Of a stretch of DNA of 64,000 nucleotides, positions 9,248-17,845 are shown one piece after another. The stretch lies in IMG/VR virus record IMGVR_UViG_3300009151_000041, positions 39,144 to 103,143 of that record; one strand, given 5' to 3'. The stretch is from a virus. The notes under the pieces were generated by a model, which saw only the letters and a program-made list of their open reading frames with translations, searched no databases and was not told where the DNA came from. The position numbers were made by a program, and so were the translations under genes. The first letter of the stretch is position 1. Each line of letters starts with the position of its first letter.

Positions 9248-10027
9248 TTATACAATTTTAACACGGTTCAGTTGAGTTTTACCATCGCGGTGACCTTTTA
9301 CTGTGCCGGCAATGCTGAAGCGATCACCTGCCGCAAGTGGATTACGATAGCTGAAGAACACAGGCTGGTCAGCAACATTCACAGCAGTGATCCAGTAGAT
9401 GTTGTAGTTTTGGCTGTAATTGGCACTCACAATCTCCACATCCATGCCCACCTTGTCACCAACAGAGCCAACCGTACCACCACGGGCCATCTGTATGCGG
9501 GCTTGATGTTCTTGACGAGCCATACTGCGCAAACGGCTTTGGGGCAAGCAGGCAATCACAGCCAATTCATATTTGTGCTTTTGCGGAAAGAAACGATTTG
9601 TTACTGCCAGCACCTTTGAGGTGGCTTGATCAAAGTCATTCAGCTGACCCTTGAGCGCACGGAAGGTAAGATCATTGCGCAGGAAATTCTGGCATTCCGC
9701 ACCTTCTGCAATATCTTCTGGCAGGAGACATTCGGGGTGATGCAGGAACTGCAACATGACGTCACGATTGCGTGGCGTGGTACTCAGCACTTCGCCCTGC
9801 TCGCCCATGATGTTGCGACCCTCTTTCAGATACTCACCGTTGATGCGTTGAGCGGCACAGGCCGCGGCCCACACATCTGCTACAGCATAGCCGGGATGCC
9901 CGCCACCGGGTGTGACTTGCACAGCACGACGTGGACGGTATTCTTCGGGGGTGTGATCATCAGCATGGCCCAAGCGAGCCACGTCTCGAGCACTCCGGCC
10001 GGTGACGTCAATAAAACCTGCCATCAT
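9248..10027 (-). CDS. phage protein with C-terminal OB-fold-like domain
   Basis: VGSVGDKV...FSIAGTVKGHRDGKTQLNRVK; SD AAGGAG. Confidence 0.6.
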   Translation of the reverse strand: MMAGFIDVTGRSARDVARLGHADDHTPEEYRPRRAVQVTPGGGHPGYAVADVWAAACAAQRINGEYLKEGRNIMGEQGEVLSTTPRNRDVMLQFLHHPECLLPEDIAEGAECQNFLRNDLTFRALKGQLNDFDQATSKVLAVTNRFFPQKHKYELAVIACLPQSRLRSMARQEHQARIQMARGGTVGSVGDKVGMDVEIVSANYSQNYNIYWITAVNVADQPVFFSYRNPLAAGDRFSIAGTVKGHRDGKTQLNRVKIV

Positions 10028-10037
10028 GTTTGGCTCC

Positions 10038-10277
10038 TTAGCAATAAAAAGGTGTACGGAAGCCCAGGGCGGAGTACACACATTCGCGCACAGCGGTGTC
10101 AGTGGCTTCGCCAAATTCTGCCTGCTCACTCAATGCACACAGAGCGCGGTAGGTTTGGGGCCACGTCAACTTGTTCTCACGGGCACTCACAACCACGGCG
10201 TGAACTGCGGCGTTGCCGAGTTCGGTGAACATGGCATAGTCTTGCACGGCACCAGTCATGTTGTATTCAATTTCCAT
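10038..10277 (-). CDS. early hypothetical protein
   Basis: Follows promoter cassette and SD AAGGAG. Confidence 0.65.
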   Translation of the reverse strand: MEIEYNMTGAVQDYAMFTELGNAAVHAVVVSARENKLTWPQTYRALCALSEQAEFGEATDTAVRECVYSALGFRTPFYC

Positions 10278-10283
10278 TTTGAA

Positions 10284-10365
10284 CTCCTTTTTGCTTAACA
10301 TATCCATATTATAGCATTTTGGCAATTATTGGTCAACCGTTTTTGTTTATACTACTTCAGTAGTA
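10284..10365 (-). promoter_or_regulatory. early promoter cassette with palindrome
   Basis: TTGACC(10331-36)-17-TATAAT(10308-13), leader-SD, palindrome TACTACT-N2-AGTAGTA at 10350-10365. Confidence 0.8.
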
Positions 10366-10820
10366 CTTTCCAACGCCTCGCTCAACAGCGTCAAACGCTT
10401 GCTGAGGGGGTGGGTGTTTTCGTAAGTGGTACCAACATACCACACGCCATCTTTCATGATGTAGTAGAACTCAGCACCACAGCCGTCTGCCTGCTCCAAG
10501 AATTCTTCAAAGGTGTTGGCAACTTTCCACACACTCACTTCGCCGCGATCACGGCCATAAAAGGTGCACCAGTCCCGAGTGAGCTCTTTGTATGCTTCCA
10601 CTTCTTCTGGCGGCAGGTCAAACTGGCTAAACGCATGCTTCTCACCAATGCTAGGACGCAGGCTACTCAGATCACCAAGTGCTACGAGTTGATTGGCTTT
10701 GGCTGAATCATAGTACTGGTCAAGAATCTGGCCATTGTGTTCCAGATAGCCATCCCAATGGCAGTAGATTGATTTGACTTTGTCACCATGCATGACACCA
10801 ATGCGTGAATTTGTACTCAT
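10347..10820 (-). CDS. conserved phage protein (YCHWDGY motif)
   Basis: MSTNSRIG...SIYCHWDGYLEHNG. Confidence 0.7.
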   Translation of the reverse strand: MSTNSRIGVMHGDKVKSIYCHWDGYLEHNGQILDQYYDSAKANQLVALGDLSSLRPSIGEKHAFSQFDLPPEEVEAYKELTRDWCTFYGRDRGEVSVWKVANTFEEFLEQADGCGAEFYYIMKDGVWYVGTTYENTHPLSKRLTLLSEALESTTEVV

Positions 10821-10845
10821 ATCCTACTCCTCTGTTTAAAATCAA

Positions 10846-10874
10846 ATTATAGCAAATTGGCCGTTATTGGTCAA
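10846..10874 (-). promoter_or_regulatory. early promoter
   Basis: TTGACC-17-TATAAT. Confidence 0.8.
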
Positions 10875-11137
10875 CCAAATTCACACATGTACTGGGCCAC
10901 AGTAGGGTCCAGTTTCACAAGGTCCCGAGCGGCTCCGTTGAGTTCGCGGTAACGGGCCTGCACTTGGCTCCGGCTCAGTTCACCATCACAGCTCAAATTT
11001 TCAGGACTGAGAGCGCAGTCAATCACTTCGGCCACTCGCTTGCGACCTGCCGCAGTTGCAACCTCGTAAGGTGTGTGATTGCCAAACATGGCATTCCATT
11101 TGTTCTGACGATCAATGTAGGCTTGCAGTGCTTTCAT
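10871..11137 (-). CDS. early hypothetical protein (LSPENLSCDGE motif)
   Basis: Follows promoter and SD. Confidence 0.65.
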   Translation of the reverse strand: MKALQAYIDRQNKWNAMFGNHTPYEVATAAGRKRVAEVIDCALSPENLSCDGELSRSQVQARYRELNGAARDLVKLDPTVAQYMCEFG

Positions 11138-11167
11138 TTCAACTCCTTTTTGTGTTAACTAGTCTCT

Positions 11168-11196
11168 ATTATAGCAAATTGGCAATTATTGGTCAA
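11168..11196 (-). promoter_or_regulatory. early promoter
   Basis: TTGACC-17-TATAAT. Confidence 0.8.
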
Positions 11197-11378
11197 CCAA
11201 AATAGTTTTCCACAGCATCCTCAATGCCTTCTTCGAAGGTATCGCTGTAAAAGCCCTCGATGTCCTGCTCAAAGAACTTCATCAGTTCTTTCTTAGAAGG
11301 AGTCTTGCCATTGAGTTCTTTGGCGTAAGCCTTGACTGATTTGATAGCATGTTTTGGAACAGTGATAGTGATTTCCAT
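11193..11378 (-). CDS. early hypothetical protein
   Basis: SD AAGGAG before ATG at 11378. Confidence 0.6.
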   Translation of the reverse strand: MEITITVPKHAIKSVKAYAKELNGKTPSKKELMKFFEQDIEGFYSDTFEEGIEDAVENYFG

Positions 11379-11384
11379 TTGGAA

Positions 11385-11489
11385 CTCCTTTTGCGTTAAT
11401 ATGTCCATAGTATAGCAGATCGGGAATTATCGGTCAACCAAAGGAAAAGCCCTAGTGTTAGTAGGGCTTTTGTAGTACTTGAGTATTAC
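11385..11489 (-). repeat. full early-promoter cassette (two palindromes + promoter + leader/SD)
   Basis: Same architecture and near-identical promoter/leader as 32040-32144; leader ATGGACATATTAACGCAAAAGGAG shared with 31810-31864. Confidence 0.85.
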
Positions 11490-11695
11490 TTTTTAAACTC
11501 GCGTTGCACATAGTACTTGACCAAAGATCGCTGGCACATGGTGATCAAGTCCCCATGGTCCTCAGGCACAATAAAGCGATATGGGCATCGTCCCCAGGAC
11601 TTGTGCGTGACAAACTGATTGTACCAGCGTCGGTGTTCTCGGTTGGCAGGATCAAACACAGTGTACGGGCGACAATTAAATTGCAGAATGCTCAT
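11486..11695 (-). CDS. hypothetical protein
   Basis: FDPANREHR...WGRCPYRF. Confidence 0.6.
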   Translation of the reverse strand: MSILQFNCRPYTVFDPANREHRRWYNQFVTHKSWGRCPYRFIVPEDHGDLITMCQRSLVKYYVQREFKK

Positions 11696-11704
11696 GCAGT
11701 TTCC

Positions 11705-12259
11705 TTAGGTAAAATCAAATAATTTTTCCATGGTGGTTTTTGCCACATACGGCTTATTGTCTATGTGGGATTCATCTTTGATATTCCCAATTGGTAACTT
11801 GTAGTGAGCATCCTTGTATTCTTTGATCAGTTGTCTCTCAAGTTGTTTAACATGAAAATGTTCATCTGCAACACTCGGGCTTTCGACTCTGGTTAAATCG
11901 CGAACGATAATTTTCATGCCTTTGCGATTTAACCGAGTATTTGTTTTGGCGAGATATCTATTATCAATATCTCGCATGTCATCACCGGCTGATCCATCTG
12001 CCAACTGCTTGAGCCAACCTTCAAGATGCCCAGACTGGCGATAGATGCGTTCGCCAGGAATTGATTTTTTATCAACACTAATACCGTGCTTGATTATTTC
12101 GTCATTGTATTCAAAGGTGTACACATAATTTATTGTGTTAAACCCTTTTACAATTGCAGAAATTTCCACTGGAGCATTGATTTTTTCTAGGTCAATTTCG
12201 TAGATTAGATACGGTGATGTTTGTTTAACTGTGCAAGCTGTCATTGTGTTTGTCCTCAA
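11705..12259 (-). CDS. putative GIY-YIG-like nuclease
   Basis: YVYTF..IIKHGIS, GERIYRQ, LERQLIKEY..HYKLPIGN resemble the GIY-YIG Y/G/R/E/N pattern. Confidence 0.5.
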   Translation of the reverse strand: MRTNTMTACTVKQTSPYLIYEIDLEKINAPVEISAIVKGFNTINYVYTFEYNDEIIKHGISVDKKSIPGERIYRQSGHLEGWLKQLADGSAGDDMRDIDNRYLAKTNTRLNRKGMKIIVRDLTRVESPSVADEHFHVKQLERQLIKEYKDAHYKLPIGNIKDESHIDNKPYVAKTTMEKLFDFT

Positions 12260-12819
12260 TTAATTACAAGATGTTTGAAATATTCAAAATGTTGTTCCAG
12301 CGTCCATGTTTCTGGATCAATTGGTGTTCCATCATGTGTTTCAAACTCAGCTTCAAACACTTGACTGTACCGTCGGAATGGCAGCCACATGTCTGGTGTG
12401 TGACTGGCCCAACCGGCGTCTTTGAGTAGAGCGTGTTTTACTCGGCTCAACTTTACTGTTGGTGCATTCAATGCCTGTTCAACAGTGATTGCCCCGGTCA
12501 ACAACAGATCTCGAATGCGTCCCAACGGAATCAAATGTTCAAAGTCTGTTTCGATGTCGGCCCCTTGCTCATGGTAGTGTGCAGCCATGTTGTCGCGTTG
12601 CTTGATGCAGTACTCGTGATACCGACGAATTTTTTCATCAATGTCATTGCGGATTTCTCGCAACAATTGCTGATCATTTTTTATAGATCGATATTCATGG
12701 ACGAATTGAACCAACTGGGCGTTACAACGTGTTGCCACTGTTTTGTAGGTTTCTGTAGTACGTTTGGTTTTGCCATACACCGGAGCAGTAAACTGTTCAA
12801 GTGATTCTTGTAGGGTCAT
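12256..12819 (-). CDS. putative His-Me finger (HNH-like) protein
   Basis: TDFEHLIP motif and downstream KH; ATGA coupling to upstream gene. Confidence 0.5.
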   Translation of the reverse strand: MTLQESLEQFTAPVYGKTKRTTETYKTVATRCNAQLVQFVHEYRSIKNDQQLLREIRNDIDEKIRRYHEYCIKQRDNMAAHYHEQGADIETDFEHLIPLGRIRDLLLTGAITVEQALNAPTVKLSRVKHALLKDAGWASHTPDMWLPFRRYSQVFEAEFETHDGTPIDPETWTLEQHFEYFKHLVIN

Positions 12820-13874
12820 TTTTGTTCTCCTTCGGGAAACAAGCCCGGGGCAACATTGCCATCGGTAATGCCCATTTTAGCACCTTCGCCGTGGTAGGGC
12901 AAACTCAACTTGGTACCACCGTTGCGAATATACAACTCACGCATGAAGTTGCTCATGGCAGTTGGTGCAGTCCAGGTGCCGCCCGGATTCACATGTTCCC
13001 ATTGTACTTTGGCCTTGGCATGTATCAACCCGGAACTCTTGAATGTTTTCTTAACAACATCTAGCAGTTCGCCTATCCAACACTCGGGCAACGCTGTGGT
13101 TTCGGTACGGCTCAACTTGTGCAATTCTAACAGGCCAATGTAAACACCTTGGTCAATTTCTTCTTGCAGTGGAAAGCAAATCTTGATAGAATTCAAAATT
13201 TCAAATAACACTTTGCCCTTTTCATCAACCTCAATGCCTTTTTGTGCATATTTAAAGTGGCTGAAGAAGTAGTCGTTGTCGCCACGCAGGTTGTCACTTG
13301 CACGTGAGCCTTTGTCTTGCAAGTCAATACCAGCGGCGTCAAATTGATCTTGCATGGTTCTAGCATGAACCACTTTGATATCTCGACTGCCATTTTTGTA
13401 ACGTACCAAGGCGTTGCGGTGCAAGTCTCCAGGAGTAAGACGTTTTACACCTGTGTCGTTGAGCATCTCAAAGGCATAACTTGCAAAGTTTGGATCTTCT
13501 GTTTCTACCACAGCACAGGGAATTTCTCTAAAGCCCAAGATACCTGCGGCAATGGTACGATGCTGGGCGTCATACAAATAGATATTGTCTTTACCAATCA
13601 ACCGGCAAGCGGATCCTGGTGAGCAGATGCGTGGATCCCATTTACGCATGATGTTGATAATGTGCTTGTGCAATACATCACGCTGAACTTCATAGTCAAT
13701 CCACAGATCTTCAATCTGGATCATTGAACTGACAGGGTATTTGTGACTAAGAGCTCTTGCACGGGTGCGCCATGCATCAAGTTCTTTTTGTGTGACGTTG
13801 TAATGTGCTTTGAGTTGAGTTTCAACTTCGGCAATAACGTCAGTGAGTTTGCGAGTAAGGCGTTTTGCAGCCAT
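12816..13874 (-). CDS. ParB/Srx-fold (DGQHR/GmrS-like) protein
   Basis: IDYEVQRD, WDPR, YDAQHRTIAA, AFEMLN. Confidence 0.65.
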   Translation of the reverse strand: MAAKRLTRKLTDVIAEVETQLKAHYNVTQKELDAWRTRARALSHKYPVSSMIQIEDLWIDYEVQRDVLHKHIINIMRKWDPRICSPGSACRLIGKDNIYLYDAQHRTIAAGILGFREIPCAVVETEDPNFASYAFEMLNDTGVKRLTPGDLHRNALVRYKNGSRDIKVVHARTMQDQFDAAGIDLQDKGSRASDNLRGDNDYFFSHFKYAQKGIEVDEKGKVLFEILNSIKICFPLQEEIDQGVYIGLLELHKLSRTETTALPECWIGELLDVVKKTFKSSGLIHAKAKVQWEHVNPGGTWTAPTAMSNFMRELYIRNGGTKLSLPYHGEGAKMGITDGNVAPGLFPEGEQK

Positions 13875-13950
13875 TTTTAATTTCCTTTTAAAATGATGCG
13901 CAATGCATCTGGGTTCGAGCCGCCTAGTACCATACTTGGCTAGCCCTTGT

Positions 13951-13979
13951 AGTATATATGATTATGATTAAATTGTCAA
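13951..13979 (-). promoter_or_regulatory. sigma70-type promoter for the three-gene operon
   Basis: TTGACA-17-TATACT. Confidence 0.75.
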
Positions 13980-13980
13980 C

Positions 13981-14307
13981 CTATACAATAGCCGCTTTCT
14001 GAGTTTGTCGATCACTATGAAACACAGTTCCGATGCGTCGAATGGTGTCAGCGGCTGTCTGGGGCGAGGCCTCAAACATTTCAACAATGTCGTCTTTTGT
14101 GATGCCTTTCACAGTTTCAAACACATAGATTTCATAATGCCGCTGAGAGTTAAACTGAGCCCGGAGACGCCAGTGCATGATGTTGGGAGGCTTGGGCGGT
14201 TCTGTACCTTTGAGTAGGGCAAAGGTGGTCTCAGCGGGATCGGGCAACAGCTCCACAGCCTCAAGGCCATTGCAGTCCCACATCACCACAAAACGATTGT
14301 TTTTCAC
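13981..14307 (-). CDS. hypothetical protein
   Basis: MWDCNGLE...LRAQFNSQRHYEIY. Confidence 0.6.
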   Translation of the reverse strand: MKNNRFVVMWDCNGLEAVELLPDPAETTFALLKGTEPPKPPNIMHWRLRAQFNSQRHYEIYVFETVKGITKDDIVEMFEASPQTAADTIRRIGTVFHSDRQTQKAAIV

Positions 14308-14528
14308 AGACGGAACCTTGATAACACAGAGCAGGCTTCGGTCATGTCTTCCACTGCTTCGTCATCAACCAGAGCCAGTTCCGTCATGGCCAATTCAGTG
14401 CGAGCACGGCGGAACAAGTCTGCGGCATATTTAAAATCGTCGTCGGTGGCCATGTGATACCAGTCTTCCATGGTTTCACGATCTGCATTAAGCAGGAAGT
14501 TAAGATTGTCGCGGTCCCAGTCGTTCAT
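14304..14528 (-). CDS. hypothetical protein
   Basis: SD AGGAG; promoter TTGACA-17-TATACT at 14554-14582. Confidence 0.6.
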   Translation of the reverse strand: MNDWDRDNLNFLLNADRETMEDWYHMATDDDFKYAADLFRRARTELAMTELALVDDEAVEDMTEACSVLSRFRL

Positions 14529-14601
14529 TTGAATCTCCTAAAAACATGCTGTAAGTATAGCATGGTAGGGATTTTGTGTCAAGTACTACTGAAGTATTGG
14601 T

Positions 14602-14844
14602 TTATGACCACTGTAGCACAAACGCAAAAAAGTCACGGTCAGAATCAAAGTAAAAAATGTATCGGCCTGGTTTTTTGTCTGTGCTGCCTTCAACCAGTTG
14701 CCAGCGCCATTCGGCTATCAGTTCGGTCTTGCACCAGGCCAACACACGGTCTAGCTCGCCGTAGGGCTTGAGTATTTCACGGGCATAGCGAAAGCTGTCC
14801 CCTGGGCGTATTTGTAAGGTGGATTGATGTCTCAACAGGTTCAT
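14602..14844 (-). CDS. F-x-L-K-W-terminal paralog family protein
   Basis: LAWCK...YIFYFDSDRDFFAFVLQWS. Confidence 0.6.
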   Translation of the reverse strand: MNLLRHQSTLQIRPGDSFRYAREILKPYGELDRVLAWCKTELIAEWRWQLVEGSTDKKPGRYIFYFDSDRDFFAFVLQWS

Positions 14845-15653
14845 CAATTGTATGTATTGACAAATTCCTGCGTTTGTAAATTTTGATCCAGCACATGGTT
14901 GTACATGATATTTTTCACTGTGTTTAGGCGTTCGGCTTTGTTGCGACTGCCCAAGACCACAATCACATACTGTTGGGCATTTTGTTCTGCAACCAGGCCC
15001 ACGCACCAACCTGCACTAGAAGTTAGTCCAGTTTTGCTTACTACAATGTTGTCAAATGTAAACAGGATCGTGCCCGAAGTATGGGCCAAACGAATGGTTC
15101 GGATCTGTTTTTTGTAGCGAGTTTCAAATGCCACTTGTTTTTTGGTGCTGGTATCGCGAATGAACCAATAGTTTGCAGCCACAGTCATCATCACAGCTAC
15201 ATCATGCACCGTGGAGGTATTGCCTGCACCCAAGCCACTTGCATCTTCAAACCGTGTGTGCTTGAGATCCCAGTTTTCAGCATGCCTATTCATTTCTTTA
15301 ATAAAAGCCGTTCTGCCACCAGGGTAGTCTTCTGCTAAGGTTTCGGCTGCACCATTGTCAGATTTTACCAACATGGCTTCTAACAGTTGTTCTCTAGTGT
15401 ATTGTTGCCTAGGCAAAAAACTGCCCACCCGCCGGGTCAGCGTAAGTCGTCTGCTGAGATCCTTGTCATAGTCCAAGGCAACCATAGCAGTCATGATCTT
15501 AGTTATTGAAGCAATAGCCCGCACACGGTCCGCATTACGACTCAGTTCAACCTTGTGAGTGGTAGAGTTCAGTAGTAATACTGAGTCTGAATTTGGTGCA
15601 GGCCTGGCATGAGCCAAGTTTACTGCCAGCAACACAAACAAAATCCATTTCAT
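14844..15653 (-). CDS. peptidase S11 (D-Ala-D-Ala carboxy/endopeptidase, PBP7-like)
   Basis: Signal peptide; SxxK (ASITK), SxN (KSDN) and KTG motifs. Confidence 0.88.
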   Translation of the reverse strand: MKWILFVLLAVNLAHARPAPNSDSVLLLNSTTHKVELSRNADRVRAIASITKIMTAMVALDYDKDLSRRLTLTRRVGSFLPRQQYTREQLLEAMLVKSDNGAAETLAEDYPGGRTAFIKEMNRHAENWDLKHTRFEDASGLGAGNTSTVHDVAVMMTVAANYWFIRDTSTKKQVAFETRYKKQIRTIRLAHTSGTILFTFDNIVVSKTGLTSSAGWCVGLVAEQNAQQYVIVVLGSRNKAERLNTVKNIMYNHVLDQNLQTQEFVNTYN

Positions 15654-15660
15654 AGTCTAC

Positions 15661-15864
15661 TTATCTCCACTTCAATGAAAATGCTGTGGCATCTTTTTCG
15701 TGTTCGAACATGAAAAACGTATTGCCAAATATCGCCCTAACATGCCAGATATAGTAAGGCTCATTCAACCAGCCACCTGGACCAATGTTCTCTTCACACC
15801 ACCGCACCATTTCATTTTGTAAATGATGACTGTGCTGGTCAAACACAAATTCAATCATGACCAC
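15661..15864 (-). CDS. F-x-L-K-W-terminal paralog family protein
   Basis: RWCEENIG...FMFEHEKDATAFSLKWR. Confidence 0.6.
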   Translation of the reverse strand: MVMIEFVFDQHSHHLQNEMVRWCEENIGPGGWLNEPYYIWHVRAIFGNTFFMFEHEKDATAFSLKWR

Positions 15865-16202
15865 TTCAACATGAACCAGGTCAGGTCCTTTTCATCTCTA
15901 AACCAAAATTTAGCATTGTTGGCATACCAGCGTCCATTGGGATTGGTCTTCCAAGGTGAAGATAGTTCTCCAAATGCATGATTGCACCACAACATCATGT
16001 CGTCCCACATTCGGCGACTGTCTTGCCATTCAAGATTGCGTGGTTCCACTGTGTGATATCGAGTGCCAAACACTGTGCCGGTATCACGCACCAATTGTAC
16101 ATCTTTGTAGTAGCCCATACTTTTCAATACACTGCGGTCAATCTCGGCGGCAAGTTGTTTGGCGGCTGTGTCAATAATATCTTGTTCTATGTTCATGACC
16201 AC
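15855..16202 (-). CDS. F-x-L-K-W-terminal paralog family protein
   Basis: LWCNHAFG...FWFRDEKDLTWFMLKWS. Confidence 0.6.
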   Translation of the reverse strand: MVMNIEQDIIDTAAKQLAAEIDRSVLKSMGYYKDVQLVRDTGTVFGTRYHTVEPRNLEWQDSRRMWDDMMLWCNHAFGELSSPWKTNPNGRWYANNAKFWFRDEKDLTWFMLKWS

Positions 16203-16405
16203 TTGAGTTGATAAAATGTTGCTAGTGCCGGATCTCGAAAACTAAACACTGTATGGTTTGGGCGTTCTTGAGTGAACCCATCCCACTGTGGAGGATGGTA
16301 TGCCCATTCAAAATCTTCATTCACGACCAAGCCATCGCGAATCAGTTGGTCTTTCAATTGAAAGATCTCAATGAGTGCTATGTCTGTAATGACAACTCTA
16401 TGCAT
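16193..16405 (-). CDS. F-x-L-K-W-terminal paralog family protein
   Basis: FSFRDPALATFYQLKWS. Confidence 0.6.
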   Translation of the reverse strand: MHRVVITDIALIEIFQLKDQLIRDGLVVNEDFEWAYHPPQWDGFTQERPNHTVFSFRDPALATFYQLKWS

Positions 16406-16719
16406 CGGGCCTGTCCATTTCTCAACACAAATAACAGTCTATCCTGTGGATCACGAAACCACCATACCATTTCATTTATGTTGATTTGAGTGATGTAGCG
16501 ATCGCCCGGCAGGCCAAATGTTTCTATGCCCCAGACAGACACTTCATCCCACTTGGTTATGGTGTCGTACGGTCTGCCCCAGGCCAACCAGGCACCGTGT
16601 GGAAATTCACGGTCGTGCAAGCCAGTCAACTCGTATGATACTGTCGCACTTGACCCAATCTCGTTCGTAGTACAGTCGATTGTCTTGGATGCCAAAGTGG
16701 TTGCAGAAACTTTGTCCAT
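16378..16719 (-). CDS. F-x-L-K-W-like family protein, start uncertain
   Basis: VWGIETFGLPG...WWFRDPQDRLLFVLR. Confidence 0.5.
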   Translation of the reverse strand: MDKVSATTLASKTIDCTTNEIGSSATVSYELTGLHDREFPHGAWLAWGRPYDTITKWDEVSVWGIETFGLPGDRYITQININEMVWWFRDPQDRLLFVLRNGQARCIELSLQT

Positions 16720-16825
16720 ATCTCATGTTCATCAATGCGTCCCAAGTGTATTCGCGCTTCCACAGTTCATAGTCTTCTATGCTGACACTATTGTCTTCAA
16801 CCAGTTCTTGATAGTCTTCAGTCAT
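16607..16825 (-). CDS. hypothetical protein, start uncertain
   Basis: RYGQSFCNHFGI motif. Confidence 0.5.
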   Translation of the reverse strand: MTEDYQELVEDNSVSIEDYELWKREYTWDALMNMRYGQSFCNHFGIQDNRLYYERDWVKCDSIIRVDWLARP

Positions 16826-16883
16826 GTCACTGACCATATTTGCAAACACAGTTTCGCCCATAAACACCTTTAGAGTTAAAAAA

Positions 16884-17606
16884 TCAATCCCAGAGGGCCT
16901 GGTAGTATTTGCCAAACAAGCGGAAGCCATTGTCAATCCGCGTTTGCACTACCTTCATTCCTTCATAATCGCATTTGTAGGTGTCGTTGGGACCACGCCG
17001 CATTTCGGTGTACTTGTGATCGCCCTTGGCGACTTCGTTACCGTCTTTGTCCACAGGCACCCACAGTATGTCGTGTTCACCTTCACGGAAAGCATCTTCC
17101 CAAGAGTCATCAACCTTGCACTCAAACGCAAAGATCATTTCACTCATGGCCCAGTCCCAACGCTTGAAGTGGTTTTCATCTGTGTCCCACTCGTTCTTCT
17201 TGGGAGGTGCCGCAGTGCTTTTGAGTTCGTCAGGCACATCCTCATCGTCTACAAACGGGCTACCGTGTTTCTTTTCTTTGAGTTGTTTCAGCATGGGCAG
17301 AATGATAGGACTCAAGGTATGGTCCATGCTCCAGGTGTCATAGTGATCAATCTTTACATAGTTGATGGCTGGATGCACACGGTCCAGTACCCATTCAATG
17401 GCACGACTGATGGGTGCAAGTCGATCACTCCAACGTTCTGTCCACTCTGGACGTTCCACATATTTGTGTTCACGCTCTTCGGCCAGTGAACGAATCACAG
17501 TGTTGTCTCGGGCGCATTTGGACCAGTCAGTCCACCAGAACATGTAGTCCAACATGGTGTAAGGTGAGATCCAGTGATCTCGATAACCGCTAATGTATAC
17601 TTTCAT
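16884..17606 (-). CDS. conserved phage hypothetical protein
   Basis: IDHYDTWSMDHTLSPII...GFRLFGKYYQALWD. Confidence 0.7.
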   Translation of the reverse strand: MKVYISGYRDHWISPYTMLDYMFWWTDWSKCARDNTVIRSLAEEREHKYVERPEWTERWSDRLAPISRAIEWVLDRVHPAINYVKIDHYDTWSMDHTLSPIILPMLKQLKEKKHGSPFVDDEDVPDELKSTAAPPKKNEWDTDENHFKRWDWAMSEMIFAFECKVDDSWEDAFREGEHDILWVPVDKDGNEVAKGDHKYTEMRRGPNDTYKCDYEGMKVVQTRIDNGFRLFGKYYQALWD

Positions 17607-17839
17607 TCTTGTTCTCCTAACATTCTATCCATTCTTTCTTTTAGTTTAGGACTCAATCTACCTACACTGATCAATGTACTGTGTGCTGTGCCAGGATTGA
17701 ATCCATACTTGATGCTGTGTATCAATTCTAAGTGTGCCGCACTGGCCAAGCCCAATGCTTCATCACGCTCACGCTCTGCAGACTCTACTCGTAGTTTAGC
17801 CCAATCTTCGGCAGCTTTAATTTGTTGTTCAGGAGTCAT
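17603..17839 (-). CDS. hypothetical protein
   Basis: ATGA coupling with downstream gene. Confidence 0.5.
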   Translation of the reverse strand: MTPEQQIKAAEDWAKLRVESAERERDEALGLASAAHLELIHSIKYGFNPGTAHSTLISVGRLSPKLKERMDRMLGEQE

Positions 17840-17845
17840 TTACTT

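Noticed and set aside
11193-11408. Shared N-terminal peptide MDILTQKE in several ORF-track proteins
   Set aside because: It is the translated cassette leader/SD. Its ATG abuts the -10 box and so lies upstream of the expected TSS; the real starts follow the SD.
10284-11489. Regularly recurring ~30-55 bp repeats as a CRISPR array
   Set aside because: The intervals are whole genes of 200-550 bp, the repeats are -35/-10 promoters, and no cas genes are visible.
13905-13950. GGTTCGA suggesting a tRNA T-loop
   Set aside because: No cloverleaf could be built; it is the antisense of the operon leader. No tRNA was recognised anywhere in the window by eye.
14602-16719. Paralog array as diversity-generating retroelement targets
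   Set aside because: No reverse transcriptase and no near-identical template/variable repeat pair differing at adenines was seen.
16824-17489. Long antisense ORFs (this one, 9626-10228, 19032-19595, 29690-30229, 46664-47149 and similar)
   Set aside because: They are shadows of well-supported minus-strand genes and lack motifs or expression signals.
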